Source: Marsupella aquatica (taxonomy: Eukaryota > Plantae > Marchantiophyta). From it: a stretch of 64,000 bases of DNA. Below the pieces are notes generated by a model. The model was given only the letters and a program-made list of their open reading frames with translations, was not told the DNA's origin and searched no databases. Below, one piece after another: positions 32,942 through 41,495 of the stretch. The stretch spans positions 14,697,934 through 14,761,933 of the forward strand of contig OZ316899.1 in NCBI GenBank assembly GCA_973895155.1, in the 5' to 3' direction. The translations under genes were made by a program, and so were the position numbers. The stretch's first letter is position 1. The number at the start of each line of letters is the position of its first letter.

Positions 32942-35932
32942 TTAATTCCTTGCCGATGATCGATGGCGTTGTGAACCCTGCCGGCTCTGCCACAACGCCT
33001 GCAGAAAATTCACTGTCCCTGCTACTGCTCCCCACTTAGCCGTTTCATCCAATTGGTCTACATCCTTTACTTCCTCCGGAATTGCAGCTAAAAAGGTGGA
33101 TTCTATTGTAAAGCAGTCCTCGACCTCTGCGTCTTCTTCTTCCAAGTCACCTTCCATTGGTTCCTGCCATAATCCGCTGGGGGGTACCTCAGGTCCAAAG
33201 ACACCTTCTTCGGTTAGGTTAGTGAGGCATTCTAACCAACGTACTTCATCGGCTGACTCCAGTCCACTGTCGTACCCATCTACTTCCCTTATGCTTTTCC
33301 TACGGTCATCCTTAGTGTCCCAGGATACTGTGATAGAGGGGGTCCCGAAAGTGAACTGCTTTTTACCCCAATCTTCTATTACCTCGGCTAGATACAGCCA
33401 TGGCCTACCAATCAATAGCCGGAATGACGTAGGGTTTACCGGCTTCATTACTACATAGTTAATGCTAAAGAAGATACCTCCTATCTCTGTCTTGATGCCG
33501 GTTAACACTCCCGTAGGAATGACCTGATATCCATTGGCCATGTTCAACACTCTTCCAGTCATCTCCGGTGTTAGACCCCACCCTTTTGCTGTTGAATCAA
33601 TCATAATACATACCCCTGATCCTCCATCGATGGGTACCCGTAGTAATAATTCTCCTTGAATCATTAATGGTAATGCTGGGGCTCCTTGATCTTCTTCTAT
33701 CATTAGTACGTCGGATCTGGTTGCTACCTTGGGTAATCTCGGCTTGCCGAGAATAGCCTTCCTTAATTGCTTCCGGAAGTACGGGCTATTTTTCAATAGT
33801 TGACCTACTGTTGCCGAGACTCTAGATTCTAGTACATCTTTAGCCAGGTCATAGGGAACAATCGGCTTCTCCTCTGGTGGTGTTTCCTTGGATTCGGCCA
33901 GTTTTGCCACGCTAGTCTCCACAGCTGTTGGGTCTTCCGAAGCAAACAATGCTTTTGCTCGTTTTACATCTTTGGCAATGGCTTCGGTATTCTCCAGGGT
34001 TTCTAATTCTCTTAGTTGTTCCTTAACACTAGCCGTAACAGAGGGGTAGAACAACTTAGGATGATCTCGATTGAAGTCGCTATCTTGTGAAGGATTGGGT
34101 TCACTGGTGGGCTCATGGCTTACCTGTATTGCCGGAGCCCTCCCTTCTCCTTCTGTTGATGTTGACGAAGAGTCGATCCTTTCCTCCGTAACCTTCCCTT
34201 TATTTTTGGCCAGCCCATCCCACCTTTCCTTCCTTCTGGTAGATCGAGTAGAGACCCGGTAGCAATCATGATCTAAATCCTCCTCTGAGAAGGTTGATAG
34301 GGCTTCGGCCTCATCATCAGATGGTACGAACTCTGCCTCGGCATCCTCTTGCCATCCTAGTTCGATGTGGTTGATTTGAACTCCTCCGGGGGTAGTACCT
34401 GGCGGTAAGATCTTGATCGGCAAAAGCTTATGATTTGCGGCCAGGCCTGCCAACCAAGTAGGACATTGCCCTAGCATATGACCTTCCTGTCGGCATCCCA
34501 TACATAGCTGAGCTGGTTGTCCATCACCCTGTTTGCGTGCATTCGGGCATTCTCTAGCAAAATGGCCAGGTTGACCACAATTATAGCACGCCGCAAATCT
34601 TTGCACATTCGGCCTAGGAGGTACTGACGGGTTCTGAATAATCCGAGGATACATCTCTCCTGGATTGTTCCTTAACCCTGACCACAGAGATGCAGGTCTG
34701 TTGGATAGGTCTCGTGCTCCAATCTCACTGATGCCGAAAACACTATCAGCGGCATCTCCTAAAAAGTACTCTACTTCTCCCTGACATGGTCTGATCTCGG
34801 CCACATGCCGAACATGATTAGTATTAAGCTTAGGACACGCATCTTTATGGTGTCCGGTTTTATAACATAAGGCACACCATACAGAGCTATCCTCCTGTAC
34901 TACCTTCTTCTTTGGTTTTACCTCTGCAATGATAGCTTTAAGTTGCTCGGTAAGGGCTACGATGTTATCTGGTGGCTTAGCCTCCATCTTGACTTTCGTC
35001 TTCCCTCTCCTTCTGCCCTTCCTTTTCCTAGTTTTTTCTTCTTCAGAACTAGAAGATGACTCACTCTTGCTACTCCCACTATTCGAGCTTGACTTATCAC
35101 TTCTAGACTTCTTGGAATGTTTCTTCTTCTTATCTTTTTTCTTATGGGGTGATCCCTCCTCTGATGAGGAACTCTCAGACTTAAGCTGTTTCTTCCGGCT
35201 TGTGATATCTGCATTAATGTATAATTGAATATCCTTAATTGCTTCGGCTAAAGTCTCCGGGTTCTCCTTCCTAATTGCAAAACTCATCTTCTGTGGCAAA
35301 GCATTCACCAACCATTGAAGTTGCATACCTTCAGATGCATTGGTCTTTGTACGTCTTACCAGTTTCTGAAAGCGTTGCAAGAACTTCCTGAAGGATTTAT
35401 TCTCCTTGAACCGAAGTTGTCCCAACTTCAGCACTGCTAGTTCTGAAGTTCCAATGGGTCGAAACTCCTTAACAAAGAGTGTTTTGAAGATATCCCAGAT
35501 GGCTTGATCTTCCACATCTAATGCTCTGTACCAAGGCCTAGCCTCACCCTTGAACAGGCCGGGAAGAATCTGCATCTTGATGGCCGATTCTCCATTTGCT
35601 GCAGCGGTTCCCTCGAAATCATCCAACCATTCGTCCGGATCCTCATCTCCTCTCCCATGAAATGCCTTGTAATGTATGCGCGACCGCTGGCTCAATCTGG
35701 TCCCTGACCTCTCGTCTGGCCGTGCCTCTGGTTCCCCCATGTCGGTTGTAGACTCACTTCTCCTTACCGACTCTTCTTCTGGTATGTCTTCTTCGACGCC
35801 ACTTCCAGTTTCGGAGCTACCAGCTCTTTCTGCCCCTCTCAGTCGCTGTGTATCATGCCACCCGGCGAGCTGCTGCAGTCGAGCTCTCTCCCGTTGAATC
35901 ACTCTTTCTTCCCTCGGCGTAAGGTCAGTCAT
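32942..35932 (-). CDS. gag: Gag-protease polyprotein (996 aa): retrotransposon gag core, three CCHC knuckles, aspartic protease
   Basis: FHGRGDEDPDEWLDDF..GEARPWY; CALCYKTGHHKDAC, CYNCGQPGHFAREC, CMGCRQEGHMLGQC; IDGGSG..LLIGRPWL. Confidence 0.95.
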   Translation of the reverse strand: MTDLTPREERVIQRERARLQQLAGWHDTQRLRGAERAGSSETGSGVEEDIPEEESVRRSESTTDMGEPEARPDERSGTRLSQRSRIHYKAFHGRGDEDPDEWLDDFEGTAAANGESAIKMQILPGLFKGEARPWYRALDVEDQAIWDIFKTLFVKEFRPIGTSELAVLKLGQLRFKENKSFRKFLQRFQKLVRRTKTNASEGMQLQWLVNALPQKMSFAIRKENPETLAEAIKDIQLYINADITSRKKQLKSESSSSEEGSPHKKKDKKKKHSKKSRSDKSSSNSGSSKSESSSSSEEEKTRKRKGRRRGKTKVKMEAKPPDNIVALTEQLKAIIAEVKPKKKVVQEDSSVWCALCYKTGHHKDACPKLNTNHVRHVAEIRPCQGEVEYFLGDAADSVFGISEIGARDLSNRPASLWSGLRNNPGEMYPRIIQNPSVPPRPNVQRFAACYNCGQPGHFARECPNARKQGDGQPAQLCMGCRQEGHMLGQCPTWLAGLAANHKLLPIKILPPGTTPGGVQINHIELGWQEDAEAEFVPSDDEAEALSTFSEEDLDHDCYRVSTRSTRRKERWDGLAKNKGKVTEERIDSSSTSTEGEGRAPAIQVSHEPTSEPNPSQDSDFNRDHPKLFYPSVTASVKEQLRELETLENTEAIAKDVKRAKALFASEDPTAVETSVAKLAESKETPPEEKPIVPYDLAKDVLESRVSATVGQLLKNSPYFRKQLRKAILGKPRLPKVATRSDVLMIEEDQGAPALPLMIQGELLLRVPIDGGSGVCIMIDSTAKGWGLTPEMTGRVLNMANGYQVIPTGVLTGIKTEIGGIFFSINYVVMKPVNPTSFRLLIGRPWLYLAEVIEDWGKKQFTFGTPSITVSWDTKDDRRKSIREVDGYDSGLESADEVRWLECLTNLTEEGVFGPEVPPSGLWQEPMEGDLEEEDAEVEDCFTIESTFLAAIPEEVKDVDQLDETAKWGAVAGTVNFLQALWQSRQGSQRHRSSARN
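32965..33011 (-). promoter_or_regulatory. Putative programmed -1 ribosomal frameshift signal
   Basis: G_AAU_UUU heptamer in gag phase (33011-33005), 5-nt spacer, perfect 9-bp stem GGCGTTGTG/CACAACGCC; pol is in the -1 frame and open only in the ~94-nt overlap. Confidence 0.75.
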
Positions 35933-35979
35933 TACCTACGCTTCCGTTCTAACTTCATATCTCACGGCTTAAGAAATGC

Positions 35980-35997
35980 CCCCTCCATCTAGCGCCA
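35980..35997 (-). other. Primer-binding site, probably tRNA-Asn(GUU)
   Basis: TGGCGCTAGATGGAGGGG, 4 nt after the 5' LTR; complementary with one mismatch to the plant tRNA-Asn 3' end ...CCCCUCCUUCUAGCGCCA as I recall it. Confidence 0.8.
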
Positions 35998-36001
35998 AAA
36001 A

Positions 36002-39000
36002 TGTGGTGCGTCCCATGGCTCCCTAAACCCAAGAAACCCCCCAGCTCAAGCCGATTCCCGCAGGTTTCGTGCTTGGCGAGGCCGTTTCCGCGGCTTAGCG
36101 GCATGGGACGCTGCTAACCTTCTACTACTACTATTAACATTTTACACACATATACTGGACAGATCCTTCATCGGGTCATGAGATACGTAGCCGGCCTAAT
36201 ATAGGTCTTCCCCTGTCTTCCCCTGTCTTCCCCTCCGTCTTGTTAGGTATGTTTGGATTCCGCCGCCGGAATGATCCCCAATAGGCTTGGTTAAGCCGCT
36301 AAGACCTCTCTCAGCTCGACACATCCAACTCTCACTCCCCTGCTTACTTTCCTTCCTTCTGTTGATGTGGGCACTCTTCACACAAGTTAATGCGACACAC
36401 AAATAGCAAAATGACTCATTCTGACTGAGTCATACCATGCACTTGCCATACAAACAGTACATCTCATACACCAGTTCTGCGAACTAAGCCGTGAGGCCAA
36501 CTCTATTCAGCTCTTAGGCATGAGGAAACATGAATATACACAAAGGTCACTGTATGACTAACCGAGAGCTTCTCGTACTACTTGATCCCAGCCCGGCTGG
36601 TGCAAACTAAAAACTTGCTAAAGAAGAGGCCCTGAGCTCCCCGCTGCCCAGGTACTTATCCTGGTAGTGGATCCGCCATTCTTTGCATCGTAAGCCTAAT
36701 CTACCTGACAGTAATCTACTTGCCCGAATCTACCTATGTACAGCAAGGCAGGAGCACAAGTGTTGCTCCTACCAGTGGAACCGCAATCCCACTAAGCTAA
36801 GTGTCAGGGCCGCTCCTGGTTCTAATCCTAATCCTAAACGTGGAGATCCGCGCCCGCCCTGCCCACTCACGCCTCCTCCCTCCACGTCCGCCCTCCCTAA
36901 AAGGAACGACGCCCTTGCACCGTCACGACACCGGTGGTGGATCCTCAATGGACGCCCCCAACACTTCCCCCTCAGCCATTGCCGTTGGCCCGCCTACTGA
37001 CAGATTACCTACCCTTGACCGAGTCAACTCTCCCTCGGCCTGACTGGGTCCACCTTCGGCTTCAGCCTCGACACCGGCCTCGGCAATACCCACGGCTTCG
37101 GCCTCAGCCACTCCCACGGCTTCGGCTTCAGCCACTCCCTCGGCTTCGGCCTCCCCTTCCCCTAGGGTAGTTGGATCCTTAGCCGTGACCCTGTCTGGGG
37201 TCGGTGCTGGGTCTACCTCCTTGATCACCACGGCCTGTGAAGTCGTATTACTCCTTGACCTTGAAGGTTTCCGCTTCTTCTTCGTTGGTGGCTCGGCATC
37301 TGGTCCCTTCCCCTTCCCACTTACTTCCGGCACTGGTGCAGGTGGCGCGGCCTGTCCTTTGGCAATTACCACCCCTGGTAACTGGTTTGTCCCAACGGGA
37401 GATGGACCTGCTGCAGCTAAGCATTTAAATACTGCGGCTTGTTTCTTCAGCCGCTCAGTTTGGTTGTCGGCCCGCCGCTGTAGGTTCTCCATCTTCCTCG
37501 TGATTTCCTCCAACTCCTCTTGGGTTTCATCCAGGTCCTTACGTGCCCCCTCCAGCTCATTTTTGGCCTCCTCCTGGTCCCTGTGGGCTTCCTCCAATTC
37601 CTTCTTCAAGGTAGCCCTCTCCTCCTGGGTTGCTCTTAGCTCCTTGTCGAGCTCTGCAATGATGACAGACTCCATCTGATTCATCTTGGCGTAAGTCTGT
37701 TCGAGCATCTCGTCCTTCTCCCTTAGGTCGGCCTTGAAGCTGGCCGTCAGGGACGCAAGCTCCTGCTGCAGCGCCATAATCCCTTGATAGGATTTCCCTA
37801 ACTCGGCCTCCTTCTGCTCAAGGGCTCCGCGGATTTTCTCGAGCTCCCCTTTCAACGCCCATTCCTTTCTTTGGGTCTCCGCCATGGCCCGGCTGTTGGC
37901 TGTTATGTGGGCCTCCTCTGTATTCTTCAGCTCTTGCTTCCACTTCTCCCTCTCTTTGATCGTGTCGGCCAACTCTTCCTGCGTCTGAGTCAGTTTATCC
38001 TTGATATTCTGATTATCAGCCTGCGCGGTGTCCAACTGCCCCTGCATGATGTTCAGCTCATGTCGTTTAATCCGCAATTCATCTTGGGCTTTCTTGGCCG
38101 CCCTTAGATCTTCAATCTCGGCTTCCATCCTCCTAAGCCGCCGAATGACCTCGTCCTTCTTGCTTCTCTCTAAAGCCACCGCTTCTTCTAATTGGTGCTT
38201 CTCCAACTGCTCCCTATGGAAAAAGGGTCCTACCTCCAACTCCTCTCCAAAGATGCCGAGCGCAAGTTCCCCACACATCTCACCATACTCCATGGCTCTA
38301 TTCTTAGCGTAGGTGGAGTAAGTAGAAGTGATCGGCATCGCCCATCGTGGCCTCTGCTCCCAAGCCGTCCTGCGGATCTCTTCAATCGTGGCTAGAGGTT
38401 TGCTTCCTTTTTCGGCTAGCCGCCTGATGTCCTCCGGCCAATCTCCTCCTGGTAAATCCTTTTCCTTAGCCAGGGCGGCCTCCTCTTCCTGCTTGATTCG
38501 CTCCTAAAATTCCTGCACCGTCTGTTTTATGCCGTCGAAGCTCGGGGGGGCAACGTCTGGTGGGGGAGACTCAGGGCTACTCTGCTGGTTGGGGTCCCCT
38601 CGCACTACCCTTGGAAGTGTGGGGACAAACCGGCCACAGGTCCTTACTCCTGGAACGTGATGGTCCGACCCATAGCCGGAATTATCATGGCTGCAGTCCT
38701 CCACTGCCTCCTCTACCTCTTGGACGTCCGGCTTCTCCCTCTCCTCTTCGTCGGTAGGAGCTTCAGGCAATTCTGCCTCAGATTCGGAGCTTGAGGTTCC
38801 CACGTACATTCGAACACCTGGCTTGGATTTTGGCCTGATTCTCTCCTTGTCTCCAGCAAAGGGGTTTTCTCTTGTGAGCCGGTGTAGGCCTACCTCTGTA
38901 GTAGTGTCCTGCATTGTTGCCGTTGCCGTTGTTGTTGCCGATGCCGATTTCTTTTCTTTCTCCAGTAGTTTCAGCAGACTCTGCATGCCTGGTTGCTGCA

Positions 39001-40661
39001 TCGGCAAGTCCTCCTTCCTGGGCCTAAACACCTGCTCGATCGTAGGACTAACAGGTGGTTGAGGCTTCTCAGCCAACGGCCTCGGCGTTGGAGCTTCCTC
39101 GGGTGCCCTTACCTGCAGGGGAAGTACCGGGGCAAAAGTCTGACCTCTGGCATACCGGCACAACAGCGGCATGTGATAGCCAAGCCGCGACACGCTCCCC
39201 ATGCCGATTACCTGCTGCTCCTCCTTTAAGATCTTCTTCAATTGGTTGAGGAGGTACCCGTTGTAGTCCCGGCTTGGGTCTGGCCTTTCTGCCAGATAGA
39301 CCTGTGCCTTGCCGATCTCTGCCCTCGGCAAGTTACAATGCATGGTCACCCGCAAGAAGTCGATCATCTCTCCTATGTGCGGGTTGGTGCAGGTGTTCCG
39401 GAAGAAGCCATTCTTCGTTGATGGCCCGGGGAACGACCGGAACTCCTTGTCAGGCAAGGTCTTCCTGGTATCAACTTTGGTCTTATTGCCTATCGGCAGG
39501 CCAAACACTTCGGCAATTACCTTGGGAGTAAGATAGAAATCCTTCCCATATATCCTCGTGCAATTGGTCTCGGGTTCCCATGACCCCACAAATTCTAATA
39601 GGTCTGACTCCGGTACCTCCGGCTTCAGCCATGGTAATCTTACAAAGGCCTCCAAGCCGGATCCGGCCATGAAGCCTTGGTACTTCTTGGTCTGCATGGC
39701 CGTAAAGCATGCATCCTCCTCCCGTGCAAAATGTAGTTGCACCTCCACCGGTAGGGTTGCCGCCCAGCCCTTCCAGGTGTCATCCCTGGTTGGAATGGCC
39801 TTGATGGGATCGACCTCCTCTTCTTCGGCTTCTCCCTGCCTCCTGCTTTGCTGCTCGGCTGGCTTCTTTGGTGCCGCCGATCTCGTTCTTTTTGCCGGGG
39901 TGGCTTCATCGTTGACGGCTCCCTTCCTCTTCATCTCTGCTGCCGTGGAGGTTTCTCCTAGCACCGTTGCCTGGGTCCACCTTTCCGTGCTACCCTTTAA
40001 TTCCCAGTGTATGTCGTTGCAGTTCTTGATGGCCTCTCGGATGCCGACGACGCTGTCTTTGCAAAACAGAAGATCGTCGAGTTGATTGGAAGTAGGCGTC
40101 CACAGGAACTCGTCCTTGATGAGTTCGCCTCCTAAGAAAGCCGTCTTCTGCAGCTCCCACAATCGAGCGAGCTCCTGCCGTTCTCTAGCTGCCCTTTCTG
40201 ATTCCTCGTCCTCGTAAGTCTTGATGTACTCAGTTGCCCGTTCGAACAGGCATCCCCAGAAATGTGCCGCTTGATTGACGTTGCTCATACCCTCCTTAGG
40301 TTGATCGTCGGTATCTACTCTCTCCCCGAGTGCTTGCCTAAGCAACTGACAGTAGTTGGCCTCCCGTAGTCGTCTGCCTAGTTCGTGCTCGCAAATGAGC
40401 CACTATTTCCTGCAAGCGCTCCTTACCCCTCTCCTTTGCCGGTCCTTCTTCCCGTTGATCCTTCCTAGCCGCCGACGCTTAACGCGCCCTAACCCTAATC
40501 GGGTTTTCACCCTTAGCCTTACCTCCGGCCTCGGCCCGGGTTCCATGGTTGCCCCTAATTGTTTATATTTTCCTTGTTTTGTCACTATACTAAGGTGTTC
40601 CTAGGGTGCCTTCCTGCTTTACCCACTTAACCGGCCGAGTGATTCCTGTCTAGGCATCACA
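36002..40661 (-). repeat. 5' LTR (4,660 bp)
   Basis: Near-identical to 25121-29780 (about 16 substitutions seen by eye, no indels); followed by the PBS. Confidence 0.97.
36923..40288 (-). pseudogene. 5'-LTR copy of the accessory ORF, broken by one CAG>TAG at 38504-38506
   Basis: ORFs 38504-40345 and 36923-38338 are in frame; plus-strand A at 38506 versus G at the homologous 27625. Confidence 0.92.
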
Positions 40662-40666
40662 CCGAC

Positions 40667-40860
40667 ATTCATCTTCATTGTCTAACCAGGGTTCAATCAA
40701 ATTGGCCAATCACCACTTCGACGATAAACAAACACCACTTTATTAGGGAGTAAGAGGGGGAAACATCATTGTCCTACACATCAATACAAACAAAAAACCC
40801 TGCCGATATCCTTACTGGGCCTCTAGATGATAATTTGAAAAACACCGATCATGCATGGGG
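40667..40860 (+). pseudogene. Degenerate Copia RNase H C-terminus (right part of the split Copia)
   Basis: KHHFIRE...NPADILTGPL, continuing the 24400-25115 remnant. Confidence 0.75.
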
Positions 40861-40892
40861 CTTAAAAAAATCCATAGCTACTAAAACCTAGT

Positions 40893-41495
40893 TCAGTCCT
40901 CCTTAAGCATTACACCTTTCCTCATCAGGAAGAACTCTTCCTCTGCCAACGTCCAAAAACTCTGATGGCAATTCCTTGGATATCCGCTCACTTCATTGTT
41001 CGCCTCTGTCGAAGTCGTGTAAATTCCTGGCCTTCTTCCCACTACAACTGCATAAAATCGACGACGGGACATTGCAGGCTCCTCCATTGCTTTGCCAAAT
41101 CGCCATTGCTTCATCAGCGCTTCCATGTTTGCTTGAGGGGCACTTGGCCGCTGCACTACATCACTCTTCAATGACAGTTGCAGTACATCGCTCATCAATG
41201 ACATCACCAGATGCAACAATTGCAGTGACCCCACCTTAGCAGCAACTTCCTCTCCCCGGATCTCTACCTTTTTTGGTCTATTCTCCTTCAGCTTGGCACC
41301 TTGCTCCCGGATCCATTGCGCGAACTTACTGCAGCCAACAAACAGTGCACGGAGCAACTGCACCAACACTTTCACAAATCCACTTGCCAGCATCAACAAC
41401 GCTTCTTGAATCGACATCTTGCACCTCAAACCTTTGGACAAATTTGATGTTGTGTTTGCCTTGAAAGCCGAATCAAAGTAGACCGTTTGCTTCAC
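40893..41495 (-). CDS. ORF with a C-terminal RNase H1 N-terminal / caulimovirus viroplasmin-like hybrid-binding domain
   Basis: RFYAVVVGRRPGIYTTSTEANNEVSGYPRNCHQSFWTLAE matches the FYAV..GR.PGIY..W.EC...V.G.....YK.F....EA pattern. Confidence 0.7.
   Translation of the reverse strand: MKQTVYFDSAFKANTTSNLSKGLRCKMSIQEALLMLASGFVKVLVQLLRALFVGCSKFAQWIREQGAKLKENRPKKVEIRGEEVAAKVGSLQLLHLVMSLMSDVLQLSLKSDVVQRPSAPQANMEALMKQWRFGKAMEEPAMSRRRFYAVVVGRRPGIYTTSTEANNEVSGYPRNCHQSFWTLAEEEFFLMRKGVMLKED

Larger units (their letters stand above)
29769..33035 (-). pseudogene. pol: pol (RT-RNase H-integrase) with one in-frame nonsense codon at 30753-30755
   Basis: CQDYRKLN, FPLP, DGYSGYNQI, MPFGL, FIDD (RT); VDVSG..YSTTERE (RNase H); H..GGHF..CDPCQ*..WGIDYIGP..SDRG..ANGLTERAN (integrase). 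The frame continues past the TGA and the stop lies 12 nt inside the 3' LTR. Confidence 0.95.
25121..40661 (-). mobile_element. Full-length Ty3/Gypsy LTR retrotransposon (non-chromovirus type), 15,541 bp, with 4.66-kb ORF-containing LTRs
   Basis: Direct repeats 25121-29780 and 36002-40661 (constant offset 10,881), TG...CA ends, TSD CCGAC at 25116-25120 and 40662-40666, PBS, PPT, gag-PR-RT-RH-IN order, no chromodomain. Confidence 0.97.

Noticed and set aside
29769-33035. Tat/Ogre assignment from the non-Met PBS and RT similarity
   Set aside because: No additional archaeal-type RNase H visible; left as non-chromovirus pending phylogeny
26241-40085. Many plus-strand ORFs opposite the LTR ORF and gag/pol (also 8760-11192 minus)
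   Set aside because: Ser/Phe/Leu-rich antisense shadows of purine-rich coding strands; no domain motifs
25121-40661. The 4.66-kb repeat as a segmental duplication or assembly error, with the true LTR being only the ~0.9-kb non-coding end
   Set aside because: The TSD flanks the full repeats, PBS and PPT abut their inner ends, the copies differ by SNPs, and an independent solo LTR has the same termini with its own TSD
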